In this document: one piece after another, positions 45,042 through 54,864 of the stretch
How positions within the stretch are numbered: position 1 is the first letter of the stretch
How the letters are laid out: the number at the start of each line of letters is the position of its first letter
IMG/VR virus record: IMGVR_UViG_3300025120_010521
Length of the DNA stretch: 64,000 bases
Origin: a virus
Lineage: Duplodnaviria > Caudoviricetes
Reading direction: 5' to 3' (one strand)
Notes under the pieces: model-generated
Seen by the model: the letters and a program-made list of their open reading frames with translations, nothing else
The model's database searches: none
Told to the model about the DNA's origin: nothing
Position numbers and translations under genes: made by a program

Positions 45042-47987
45042 ATGAGTAATATAAAAACAAAAACAGGCGACGGTATCTTTTTTAAAAATAAAGAAGGTAA
45101 AGACGTAGCACTTGCAGAAAATGTAAAACCAGAAATCACTATTGAGTTTGGTTCCGGCAACGAAAAGTTTGGTTCCGGCGACGAAAATACTAAACCTACT
45201 AAACAAAAAAAGAAACTAGATCCTAAAGTAGTTGTAACTGGCGAAGAAGAATCATGGAACGGATTGTCCATGAAAGAAACATTTGTAAAAAAGTCTAATG
45301 AAGGTACGTTAGACCAGACAACTCTACCTAAAAACTTTATCGACGCTACTACTCAAGGAATTGTTGCAGAAACACTTGCTGATAAAGAAATTATAGACAT
45401 GATGGATGTTAGCGGATCAACAATATTATCAGATGAAGCAGTTAGTAAAAATTCTCCAAATTTGGAAGATGAAATTACTGACGAATATTCAAAATTTAAA
45501 ACAGATTCTGGTTTATTACAATCCGGTGATAAAAATTATTACAAACAAGTAGGCGGAGATGCCAATGTTGCTGAAGAAGTTTATGCCCAGCAAAAAAGAA
45601 AAGAAGCAAAACAGGCATTTACATCAGATGAAGCCTATACTGGAAAAAAGAAAAATGAAAAATTTATATATAAAGATGTGGGTGGAGATGCCAGTGTTGC
45701 AGAAGAAGTGTACGAAGCAAATAAAAAACCACAAGACAAATACAAAGCACATTATAAAAGAAATTTACTTTTAGATTACGACACTCCTACGTACCATTGG
45801 AAGTTAAGTATGCTTTCTGAACAAGATACAATTAGTGCTCAAACACATATTAACAAAGGAAATTATACAGACGATGGTTTTAAAAATTGGTCACCAGCTG
45901 ATGTAAGAATGATTATTGCTGAAACTGGGGGATCTGTATTAACACTTAATAGTGCAGAAATACAAACCACAGCAGGTCCAGTTAATAATGGTAAAAGACT
46001 TACAGGTGCAGTAGACTTTACATTAAATATTTTACAACCATTAAATGCTTCATTTACAGATACATTAGTTAACGCCGCAATGGCACTAGGTATACCAGAT
46101 GGATTAAAAGCAACCTATCTATTAGAACTACATTTCATTGGTAGGATACCACCAGGAAGTAGTTTAGGGGCCGCTGGAGAAATTGTAAATCCAATTCCAC
46201 AAACAGAAAGACAGTTTTTAATTGAAATTGTATCAGTTGATGCACAGGTTGATACTAATGGAGCACAATATGTTATAAGAGCCGCAAGGGCTGGCGATAA
46301 AGCCATTAGAGCAGACCATTATCAAACTGATAGACCTTTACAGTTAAATAATTTACAAAAAGTTAATTCAATGGTTAATGCTTTACAAGATGTTTTAAAT
46401 GAAAACGAATTAGATAAACTAGCAATTGAAAAAAGTATACTAGATGAGTATGTAATTAAACTAGATGATTACGCACAAAAAATGATTGGAGATTCTGAAA
46501 TACTTGATACTGACACATTGGAAAATGTTACAACAGAATTATCTGATGCTGTACAGTTTGATAAAAATAAAAAAATGTTTAGAATTCCAGAAGGAACTAG
46601 TATTGATAGAATTTTAGAATTTGGATTATCACACAGTAAAGTATTACAACGATTAGCTAAAGGATTAAAAGAAAGTGCAGATCCAGATACATCAGATGCA
46701 AAAGAAATAGATAGTTATGTTAAATATATCTTTCATATAAAAGTTGACACTGTAAATATTGCTTGGGATCTTTTAAGAAATGAATATGCAAGAACATACA
46801 TTTATACAATTTCAATGTTTCCAACTATACGTCCTGAAATATTACCAGGAACTTGGAACGATCCAATACTAGTTGAAAACGAAAAAATTAAAGCTATAAT
46901 GATGGGCGATCTTTCTAAAAGTAAATCCAGACCATATAGAGCAATGAGTAAACGTTACGATTATTTGTTTACTGGATTAAACGATAAAGTATTAAGATTT
47001 GATATAAAATATAATAACTATTTCTTTTTTGCCTTACACAGTTATAGAGGTGTGTTTGCTGGTTTAGATCAAGCATCAACTAAAGTAAAAGTTAAGAAAT
47101 CATCAGAAGTATTAGTAAAATTTAATAAGCAAAGAGCGGCTGTTAACGCATCATGGAAAGCATACACAAAACAAAAAGCAGATCTTCTTGATAAAGATAT
47201 GACTGTAGAAGAAAGAACTGAAGCATTAGCAGATAAGTTTGATAAATTTAAACAAGATAGAAAACAATTACTAGAGTTGTATGTTGAAGGAATTGAATCA
47301 GGTACATTTGAAGGTGACGAAAATACAATAAAAACAGCTCAGAATTTAGAGTATGTAAACCAACCAAATAATCATCCAGTATATCAAAATCCTACTAGAT
47401 TAGATATGACAAAAGCAGTACAAAATGCAGATGTTGGTGGTAATAATATTTTATTAGATGGCATAACTGCTGACATGTATGCTGAACTTATTGATAGACA
47501 AGATATTGTTGATGCTGTTGACAGTAGTAAAAAACCATTTCAAGTTATGTGGGGTTCATCGCCAGATGCATTTGCAAGTAAATTTAATGCTGACAATGAG
47601 TCAGCTGGTAAAGGACACTTTGATGCTGTACTAGAAGCAACATTAAGTGACTTCTCAGCTGATATGGTTTATATGGATATGGATATTCGAGGTGACGTAT
47701 TTTGGTTAGAAAGTGAAAGAGATCCTGCAGATGATATGACTATGAGTATGTATGAAGGTGAAAATTACTTATTATTTAGAGCAATCACAAGTGCTGGAGA
47801 ACCAGATCCAAAAACAGGAATTGCACGTCCAGGAGACGAACAAGGTGAACAAATGTTAAACGGAGTATATGCTGTTGTTACTGTAACACATAGATTTGAA
47901 AACGGACAATTTACTCAGAATATTCGAGGTGTTAAAGAAGCATTTATAACTGACATAAGTAAGTTAAACATGATAAGAGAAGTATAA
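45042..47987 (+). CDS. Baseplate hub-like protein (gp27/VgrG-like) with repetitive N-terminal extension
   Basis: Located between the gp53-like and gp5-like genes; C-terminal MDIRGDVFW...NGVYAVVTVTHRFENGQFTQ hub signature. Confidence 0.6.
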   Translation: MSNIKTKTGDGIFFKNKEGKDVALAENVKPEITIEFGSGNEKFGSGDENTKPTKQKKKLDPKVVVTGEEESWNGLSMKETFVKKSNEGTLDQTTLPKNFIDATTQGIVAETLADKEIIDMMDVSGSTILSDEAVSKNSPNLEDEITDEYSKFKTDSGLLQSGDKNYYKQVGGDANVAEEVYAQQKRKEAKQAFTSDEAYTGKKKNEKFIYKDVGGDASVAEEVYEANKKPQDKYKAHYKRNLLLDYDTPTYHWKLSMLSEQDTISAQTHINKGNYTDDGFKNWSPADVRMIIAETGGSVLTLNSAEIQTTAGPVNNGKRLTGAVDFTLNILQPLNASFTDTLVNAAMALGIPDGLKATYLLELHFIGRIPPGSSLGAAGEIVNPIPQTERQFLIEIVSVDAQVDTNGAQYVIRAARAGDKAIRADHYQTDRPLQLNNLQKVNSMVNALQDVLNENELDKLAIEKSILDEYVIKLDDYAQKMIGDSEILDTDTLENVTTELSDAVQFDKNKKMFRIPEGTSIDRILEFGLSHSKVLQRLAKGLKESADPDTSDAKEIDSYVKYIFHIKVDTVNIAWDLLRNEYARTYIYTISMFPTIRPEILPGTWNDPILVENEKIKAIMMGDLSKSKSRPYRAMSKRYDYLFTGLNDKVLRFDIKYNNYFFFALHSYRGVFAGLDQASTKVKVKKSSEVLVKFNKQRAAVNASWKAYTKQKADLLDKDMTVEERTEALADKFDKFKQDRKQLLELYVEGIESGTFEGDENTIKTAQNLEYVNQPNNHPVYQNPTRLDMTKAVQNADVGGNNILLDGITADMYAELIDRQDIVDAVDSSKKPFQVMWGSSPDAFASKFNADNESAGKGHFDAVLEATLSDFSADMVYMDMDIRGDVFWLESERDPADDMTMSMYEGENYLLFRAITSAGEPDPKTGIARPGDEQGEQMLNGVYAVVTVTHRFENGQFTQNIRGVKEAFITDISKLNMIREV

Positions 47988-47988
47988 C

Positions 47989-49467
47989 ATGGCAACATTT
48001 AAATCATCATCAATATCAAGCATAAGAAATCCTCTTTCAGATGCACAAAAGAAATTAGGAAGTGTCCATAAGTACGAAGGAATATACGAAGCAATAGTTG
48101 TACATTCAGCTGATATACAAAAAAATGGTAGACTTAAAGTACGTTTAGTTAACCATAATGTTCCTATAGACTTTATAGATGATAACGAAAAAAGAGACGG
48201 TAAGTCACATTTAAATATCACTGTACAATGGACATCACCTTTTGCAGGAGCAACAAACATTAATAATACAGTTGCAACTGGCGAAGCATTAGACGGAGAA
48301 AAAGATCCAGATAAGACATTTGGTGGTACACAGAAAAGTTATGGTATGTGGATGGTTCCGCCAGATGTTGGAAATAGAGTTTTAGTTATGTTTATCAATG
48401 GTGACATTGCTAAAGGGGTTGTCGTTGGGTGTATGTTCCAATCAATGATGAACCATATGGTGCCAGGTATTGCACGTTCTAAAACATTTACATCTGATGA
48501 AAAGTTTTTAGAAGTTCCAGTAGCAGAATATAATAAAGCGTCAGATGAGGCAAATAACATAGACTGGTCAGTTAATAGAATTGAAGCTGAAGGCAAACCA
48601 GTAGACAATGTAAGTAGACCAACTCACACTGAACATTTTAATGGTTTAAAAGAGCAAGGTTTAGAACAAGATTCAAAAAGAGGATTAACTGATTCATCAG
48701 CTAGAAGAGAATCCCCGTCAAAAGTTTTTGGTATACTAACTCCAGATGCAAATCAATTTGTAATGGACGATGGAGATCAAAAATTAATTAGATTAAGAAC
48801 AAAGTCAGGTGCTCAAATACTATTAGATGAAACCAATGGCAATGTTTATATTATTAATAAAAAAGGTACTGGCTGGATTGAAATGGACGATGCTGGTAAA
48901 ATAGATGTATGGGCAAATGACTCAATTAGTATACGTTCACACAAAGACATTAATATAAGAGCAGATAGAGATTTAAATTTAGAATCAGGTAGAGATATTA
49001 ATGTTAGAACTACACAAACAACTGCAACAGGACAGCCAAGTGATACTACTGGTATTTTGCCGGGTGTTAACGGTGCATTTAATTTAGATGTTGCAGGTGC
49101 TTTAAATATTAAAACTGTGGACGCAACAACAATAACATCAGGAAAAGAGTTTCACTTACAATCATCAGCAAATTATCTATCTGCTATTAAAGTAAATAAT
49201 TCTTCAGGTAATACTGAAATTAAAAGTGCAGGTAATCATAATGAAACTGCAACAGAAATACATATGAACGGTCCTGTGGCCGCAAGTGCAACAACATATA
49301 GCGGATTAACTGCTAAGGTTGATGCTGATGGAAATTTATTTTTTACAAATACTCTTTATACGAGAGATACTACAACTGGAAATAGAAATACTGAGAAGTT
49401 ATCAACTATCCTAACAAGGTTCCCAACTAGAGAACCTTTTGCTAGGGAAGAATTTATTGGAAGTTAA
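47989..49467 (+). CDS. 5: Baseplate central spike, gp5-like OB-fold/beta-helix
   Basis: GRLKVR, SYGMWMVPPDVGNRVLVMF, RLRTKSGAQILLD, Gly/Asn beta-strand repeats, IHMNGP. Confidence 0.75.
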   Translation: MATFKSSSISSIRNPLSDAQKKLGSVHKYEGIYEAIVVHSADIQKNGRLKVRLVNHNVPIDFIDDNEKRDGKSHLNITVQWTSPFAGATNINNTVATGEALDGEKDPDKTFGGTQKSYGMWMVPPDVGNRVLVMFINGDIAKGVVVGCMFQSMMNHMVPGIARSKTFTSDEKFLEVPVAEYNKASDEANNIDWSVNRIEAEGKPVDNVSRPTHTEHFNGLKEQGLEQDSKRGLTDSSARRESPSKVFGILTPDANQFVMDDGDQKLIRLRTKSGAQILLDETNGNVYIINKKGTGWIEMDDAGKIDVWANDSISIRSHKDINIRADRDLNLESGRDINVRTTQTTATGQPSDTTGILPGVNGAFNLDVAGALNIKTVDATTITSGKEFHLQSSANYLSAIKVNNSSGNTEIKSAGNHNETATEIHMNGPVAASATTYSGLTAKVDADGNLFFTNTLYTRDTTTGNRNTEKLSTILTRFPTREPFAREEFIGS

Positions 49468-50042
49468 TTCCAACCAACACCAACCGGTGTTAGCATATAT
49501 TGGCCTTTATCATTAGTAAGTTGCATACCATTTTCAATCTTTACTCTGGGATCTTTCATAAGTTCCCATTTACCAGATGCTGTTCTACAAGCGATACCTT
49601 CACTTCGTTCCATTCTTGCACCAATTTGTACTTCTTGGATAAATGAACGACAAGGTATTTGTCCGTTTTCAATATAGTATGTATCAGTTACCATAATACC
49701 ACCTTTATGTCCAGTATTTGGATTTGACCATTTTACTGTTTGACCATCTTTGTGATATTCTAATGCTTGATAGGCAGATTGTTCATGTTTAAGTGTTTCA
49801 TAATGATCTAATTTGGCTCCAACATTTGAACCCCATTGTGAACCAAGTATTACGCCTAAAATAGTAGCGGCATCTTTACCACTTCCGCTACCAAATTGAT
49901 TACCAATTACACCACCTACAACTGCTCCACCTAAAGTATATGTGTCTTTTTTACTTAAAGTTTGACCTGTTGTAGCAGTACAATTTGTTAATGCTATTGC
50001 AAGTGTTCCTATTGCTAATGTTTTTAAAAGATTTTTTTTCAT
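49464..50042 (-). CDS. Glycine-zipper lipoprotein, 17-kDa surface antigen (RT0821/Lpp0805)-like
   Basis: Signal peptide with lipobox ALTNC; GAVVGGVIGNQFGSG.G..AA..LG.ILG zipper; W.NP.TG..G; CRSF; C...G.W; GGAGG SD supports ATG at 50042. Confidence 0.8.
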   Translation of the reverse strand: MKKNLLKTLAIGTLAIALTNCTATTGQTLSKKDTYTLGGAVVGGVIGNQFGSGSGKDAATILGVILGSQWGSNVGAKLDHYETLKHEQSAYQALEYHKDGQTVKWSNPNTGHKGGIMVTDTYYIENGQIPCRSFIQEVQIGARMERSEGIACRTASGKWELMKDPRVKIENGMQLTNDKGQYMLTPVGVGWN

Positions 50043-50058
50043 TGTTTCCTCCATTGCT

Positions 50059-50078
50059 AGAGCCCCTTGCGGGGCTCT
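50059..50078. terminator. GC-rich hairpin (terminator or RNA-stability element)
   Basis: AGAGCCCC-ttgc-GGGGCTCT; GCAA loop on the minus strand; short T run only on the plus strand. Confidence 0.6.
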
Positions 50079-50087
50079 TTCATGAAT

Positions 50088-50309
50088 TTATGCTACGTTA
50101 GCCTTTAAAGAAGTTTTATATTCTTCTTTTGTCATTGGCAGTTCAAGTTTAATAAACTCTACTTTGCTAGTTTCGTCAACGGGTTTATAACCATTGTTAA
50201 CCAAAACTTGTGCTCTGTTATCCGGCTTGTTAGTAAATCTCATTACTTTTTTACCGTCAGCTCTAAGAGCTTCTAGAACGTATGTATACTTTGTGTTTAT
50301 ATCAGCCAT
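50088..50309 (-). CDS. Small hypothetical protein
   Basis: 73 aa; AGGAGG SD; TTGACA-N16-TATATT upstream at 50365-50392. Confidence 0.6.
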   Translation of the reverse strand: MADINTKYTYVLEALRADGKKVMRFTNKPDNRAQVLVNNGYKPVDETSKVEFIKLELPMTKEEYKTSLKANVA

Positions 50310-50463
50310 GTTAATTACACCTCCTAATTATTGTTATTGTTATTTTTGTGTTTAACATAGTATTAATATAGCATATAATAGGATATTGTCAACCTCTTTT
50401 TGGCCATAAAAAAAGCCAGCAAAATCAAGGACTTTACCGGCTTTTAATAATAAAGTGGCCTAA

Positions 50464-50727
50464 TTAGGCAACTTTTCTTTGCATAATACGATATTTTACC
50501 GCACTTCTTTTGGTATCTCTTGTAACAAATCTTAGTGATCTGATATCAAAACCGTCTTGTCTCAACTCACAAATTCTTGCAGTTGGTTTCATGATTTTGT
50601 ATCTAGATACTAAAGACTTATTAGTTACAGTCGAACCTGTACCCCAATAGTACTGTAGGATTCTCTGTTTTTGAGTTCCTAGCTTGTACTGTGAAGCACC
50701 TTTTACTTTTACATTTTGTAAACCCAT
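50464..50727 (-). CDS. Basic winged helix-turn-helix-like protein
   Basis: TQKQRIL...KPTARICELRQDGFDI; GGAGA SD supports ATG at 50727. Confidence 0.6.
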   Translation of the reverse strand: MGLQNVKVKGASQYKLGTQKQRILQYYWGTGSTVTNKSLVSRYKIMKPTARICELRQDGFDIRSLRFVTRDTKRSAVKYRIMQRKVA

Positions 50728-50765
50728 CTTTTTCTCCAGTTCTAACAAGTTAAGTTATGTTTATT

Positions 50766-50794
50766 ATAATATTACAAAAAACTGATCTTGTCAA
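50766..50794 (-). promoter_or_regulatory. Sigma70-type promoter
   Basis: TTGACA-N17-TATTAT. Confidence 0.65.
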
Positions 50795-51882
50795 CCTTTT
50801 TTGTTTATATAGGATAATACAAGGTTTTTTGCCAAGTCTTGGCCAGTCATCGATAAATGATTTGGTACCTCTTGGCCTATGTTAAGATTATTTTTGACTA
50901 CATGTATTGGACCATCATGAATTATTTCTGGTTGATCAAAAATTTTCCAATCTTTGTGAACACAATGAGTAAAACCATTTGTGAAAATGTAAAAAGGTTT
51001 TCCAGTTTGTTTTAATTTCCAATATATTGCTTCTGTGATTATAAAAGAATTTAATATTTCTAAGTCTTCATTATAGTATTTTGCTATGTATTCTTTTGTT
51101 TCTTTTGTAGAATGTTCATTTACAACTTCAGTTCTACCTAATGTAAACTTGTCATTTATAGACCAACCATCTGATTCTTGCCAAGCAATGTTAATACGTG
51201 TTGGCGATGTTAAAAATACTAGACATTTATCAAACCCATTTTCAATAGCATGTTGGACTTGCGTATATATTTTTAAATTTGTTGATCCAGGACGTGCATA
51301 TACAATAGGTTGATATCCTAAATTATATTGCCACAATTGTTCATTTGCAAATATTTCTTTATTTGAATAATCAGCACTATTAAAATCACTTGCCCAACTA
51401 CACCCACATAAAGCTAATTTTAATTTTGATGTATCTGGATTATTATTTCCATACTCATCAAATCTATCTCGAAAAGTTGGAAGATCGTAATAATATCCAT
51501 ATGGTGTATACTGACCTTTTGCCGGAGACTTAATATGTACTGATTCATCAAAGTCAGGAAGATCACTAAATTTATTTTCAAAATCACTAATAATTATAGG
51601 AACTTTAATACCAAGGTCAAGTGCGGCCTTTATTCTTGAATTACCGTGACCTACCTTTGGCTCTTTACCTGTTTGTGTGCCTATAAAATGATTATCATAA
51701 AATCCATTCTTATATGTAGCACAAACGGGCCAAGCAATCCCATGTTGTTTTATAGATTGTTTTATTTTATCCATTGCTGGAAATACGTCTGGATTGTCAA
51801 ATTCTTTATTAAACAAAGCAGGATCAATTTCAGTATACACTACTCTATAACCATATTTGTTATTAATCATACTTTCAGCCAA
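50791..51882 (-). CDS. Two-domain hypothetical: ParB-like N-terminus plus SGNH-like C-terminus
   Basis: IKQSIKQHGIAWPV...GHGNSRIKAALDLG; LALCGCSW...YARPGSTN...PNHLSMTGQ. Confidence 0.45.
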   Translation of the reverse strand: MAESMINNKYGYRVVYTEIDPALFNKEFDNPDVFPAMDKIKQSIKQHGIAWPVCATYKNGFYDNHFIGTQTGKEPKVGHGNSRIKAALDLGIKVPIIISDFENKFSDLPDFDESVHIKSPAKGQYTPYGYYYDLPTFRDRFDEYGNNNPDTSKLKLALCGCSWASDFNSADYSNKEIFANEQLWQYNLGYQPIVYARPGSTNLKIYTQVQHAIENGFDKCLVFLTSPTRINIAWQESDGWSINDKFTLGRTEVVNEHSTKETKEYIAKYYNEDLEILNSFIITEAIYWKLKQTGKPFYIFTNGFTHCVHKDWKIFDQPEIIHDGPIHVVKNNLNIGQEVPNHLSMTGQDLAKNLVLSYINKKG

Positions 51883-52397
51883 TCAATATAAAGCAATTTT
51901 CTAATTCCAGTAATTTTATCACCTTTTAATCCGTGCCACTCGTTGTTAGTAAAAGGAAAAACACAACAATGGTCATATATGTTCTTAACATATACAGCAT
52001 CATTATAAAAATTTTTATCTGTATTATGCACATATAATCCTTCATTTTCATTTTCATTTAGAAATACAGTCATGTGCAAAGCCGTACTATTGTCATGTAC
52101 ATGTGGTCCTAGTTCCCATCCAGTTTCACATTCTGCGTATGCAACTTGTGGAGTTGTATTAATTTTTACAAAAGGATATAGTGCTTGTAGTACTTCTCCA
52201 ATTGTTTGTAAATCAATATCATAATCTAAAAATATTTTATAATCTAAAAAGTATTGTTTTCTTTCTCCTACTATAATAGATGATAGATCTTTTGGTAATT
52301 TAAATTTTTTATCATAAAAAAATCCAGACCATACTTTCATGTTATTATAATCTGATTTAGAATTACGTAGATTATTAATAATTTTTATAGTTGACAT
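51867..52397 (-). CDS. 2OG-Fe(II) oxygenase-like protein
   Basis: LGPHVHD, TVFLN, EWHGL, RKLL. Confidence 0.6.
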   Translation of the reverse strand: MSTIKIINNLRNSKSDYNNMKVWSGFFYDKKFKLPKDLSSIIVGERKQYFLDYKIFLDYDIDLQTIGEVLQALYPFVKINTTPQVAYAECETGWELGPHVHDNSTALHMTVFLNENENEGLYVHNTDKNFYNDAVYVKNIYDHCCVFPFTNNEWHGLKGDKITGIRKLLYIDWLKV

Positions 52398-53023
52398 TAT
52401 TTTGATTCCTTAATAACGTCTGCCATTCTATGATTTTCTTGTGCGTGTCCTCTTTCGTCTTCTCTTACAGCAATTACGACATCTCTAAGTTTTGCACCCT
52501 CTCTTAATCCATAATAAGTTTTTGCAATATCTGGTGCATCTATATTTTGTATTTTTCCTAAATCAATTGCTTTGAGATAAGAAGTGTAACTTATTACTGC
52601 TTGTTCTTCAAAATAACCAACCATTCTATGTGCAACTTTTGGAAAGAAAATATAAAGTAACATATAAAAATGCCAAAACAAAAACTGTGCAGTAATAATC
52701 ATCCAACGTTCAAACCAATTTGGTTTTGCTATTTCGATGAATATCATGAGATGCATCCGTTCGTTTTCTGCTTCTGCTAATAAAGTTTTTATCCAACCTC
52801 TGTCATCAGGTTTCATTTTACGTAAGCTTCTTAAATGACTCCACATACCTGCAACCATACCAGGCACACCAGCAACTGTTTCTAATACAACTGCTCTATG
52901 TCCATACCGTTTAGCAAAAAAAGTATCTGCTATCCAACGCAACCGCATTGTAAAAAACAATGCACACTTATCGCCAAAATCTTGAGGTCGTTTATGCTTC
53001 ACTAAATTAATCCTTCTGACCAC
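52397..53023 (-). CDS. aox: Alternative oxidase (di-iron ubiquinol oxidase)
   Basis: LETVAGVPGMV, EAENERMHL, GYFEEQAVISY, REDERGH: all four di-iron carboxylate motifs are present. Confidence 0.92.
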   Translation of the reverse strand: MVRRINLVKHKRPQDFGDKCALFFTMRLRWIADTFFAKRYGHRAVVLETVAGVPGMVAGMWSHLRSLRKMKPDDRGWIKTLLAEAENERMHLMIFIEIAKPNWFERWMIITAQFLFWHFYMLLYIFFPKVAHRMVGYFEEQAVISYTSYLKAIDLGKIQNIDAPDIAKTYYGLREGAKLRDVVIAVREDERGHAQENHRMADVIKESK

Positions 53024-53337
53024 CCTCTATTTGGAAGCTCATCAAGATCTGATCTTCCATATTTTAACCTATCAACATGTCTTTGTTGATGTATACACAA
53101 TCTTTTATATTCTGCTAAATCTTCTACCTCAGAAATTAATTTCATTGGACACGGATCAGCAAGTAATTTATCTAAATGTTTTAATGCACATAATCTAGTA
53201 GCATATTCAATAATATCTGTTTTTGTTATTCCTTCTTTTAAACATATTAATAAGAGCTGTTCTCGATACTTGTCAATTAATTCTGATAATAATCTAGCCC
53301 GATATGGATCAGGATATGGTGGTCGGTCTTTTGTCAT
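53002..53337 (-). CDS. Hypothetical protein; start reassigned to 53337
   Basis: AGGAGA SD before MTKDRPPY. Confidence 0.5.
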   Translation of the reverse strand: MTKDRPPYPDPYRARLLSELIDKYREQLLLICLKEGITKTDIIEYATRLCALKHLDKLLADPCPMKLISEVEDLAEYKRLCIHQQRHVDRLKYGRSDLDELPNRGWSEGLI

Positions 53338-54859
53338 TGTTGTTCTCCTTGTATTCTTGTGATCCTGGATTTGCACCCTGTGGATCCAAAACCCAACCTT
53401 CCTCTTTAGCACGTTTTTCTAATTCTTTCTTCATTGTGTTACCTTTGGTTGAGTCTCCGTCTACAATTCCTTGTAATTGTTTTAGATCAGTCATTGGTAT
53501 TGTTTCGTACCAATTAACAATATTTTTTGGAAATGTGTTTACAAATGATTTGTTTCTTCTTAAATCATATTGTACATGAAACGATTTAAAATCTCTTTCT
53601 CTAGATTCTATTGATGAAGTAAATTGATGTCCAACTTGTACTTCTCGCAAATAGCTAATTAATCTTTCAACACCTTGTTCTTCCATGTCAAAAAATAATT
53701 CATGTGGTTTACCTACTTTATACAACCAGTATTCTAAATCATCTGCTAGTTTTTTCTTAATATCTTGTGGCAATGTTACTGCTGATTGAAAACTAGGAAA
53801 ACGTAATATATTAAAACTCATTGCTGGTGCAAACTGTCCATACTGTTCTTTTAGTTTAATCATTTCGTCCATAAAGTCAGTAATTGAAAACAAACACAAT
53901 GCATTAATAGTCATCATCATGTGTAGTTCACGTACATTACCTTCGTTCATCATTTTGTGTATGTTGCTTAACCATGTATCCCATATCAATCCATCACGTA
54001 TATATTCTGCATGAGCACCAAAAGATTCATTTGATGTGTACAAGTCAAACTCTTTAAACGCATGACTTTCTTTTGCTAATCTATCTATTAGTTCAGGCTT
54101 TGCACCCAAGTTAGAATTTACTGCCAATCTTACATCACAATCTTTATTGCCTTGCCACCATTCTAACAAACGCCAAAAGTCTTGTGACATGGTTGCTTCT
54201 CCGCCTGTTACTCTTAATTCTTGTAGTGTATGCTGTAAGTCTGATTCCCACCATTTAAAGAACGCTTCAACATATGGATTACCATCATTTCTTTTTCCAT
54301 ATGGCATAGCCCATTTACCATCTTGTTGAAATGCTCTTGCACCATCTGATACTAAATTTTGATATGCACCGTTCTTCTTAACATCATTTTGCCATGTTGT
54401 TGAGAACGAAGCATTACAATATGAACATGCATAGTTACAGTTGGCATCAAATGCAATCTCTAATGTTTTTAAATTAACATCATCGTTCCAATGGGTTTTA
54501 CTTGCTTCTGCAAGTTGATCTTCTGTATATATAACACTCTTATAAACTCTATCCGAAACGTTTTGTGGGCCTATATCTTCAACTTTCCAACAGTATTCAC
54601 ACTCTTTAGGACGTTCTCCATCGAGCATTTGTTTACGCACCATTTTTTTATACTTGGTATTGTGTATGGCTTTTGGATTTGCTAATACTTCTTCTACAGG
54701 TATCTTATGTGCAGGTGGGTGATGACAACTAGCTGTTGTACCACTGTTAAGCCATATAGTAGCATTGTACCATTTAGCACCACAAAATGATGGTGATATT
54801 GGATCAATTACCCTATCTCTATATTCTTGATATGTTTCTGTTTTTCTTTTCTTTGTCAT
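53309..54859 (-). CDS. Radical SAM protein with N-terminal SPASM/Twitch-like domain
   Basis: CGAKW...SCHH...CEYC; CNYACSYC; VTGGEA. Confidence 0.88.
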   Translation of the reverse strand: MTKKRKTETYQEYRDRVIDPISPSFCGAKWYNATIWLNSGTTASCHHPPAHKIPVEEVLANPKAIHNTKYKKMVRKQMLDGERPKECEYCWKVEDIGPQNVSDRVYKSVIYTEDQLAEASKTHWNDDVNLKTLEIAFDANCNYACSYCNASFSTTWQNDVKKNGAYQNLVSDGARAFQQDGKWAMPYGKRNDGNPYVEAFFKWWESDLQHTLQELRVTGGEATMSQDFWRLLEWWQGNKDCDVRLAVNSNLGAKPELIDRLAKESHAFKEFDLYTSNESFGAHAEYIRDGLIWDTWLSNIHKMMNEGNVRELHMMMTINALCLFSITDFMDEMIKLKEQYGQFAPAMSFNILRFPSFQSAVTLPQDIKKKLADDLEYWLYKVGKPHELFFDMEEQGVERLISYLREVQVGHQFTSSIESRERDFKSFHVQYDLRRNKSFVNTFPKNIVNWYETIPMTDLKQLQGIVDGDSTKGNTMKKELEKRAKEEGWVLDPQGANPGSQEYKENNNDKRPTTIS

Positions 54860-54864
54860 TTATA

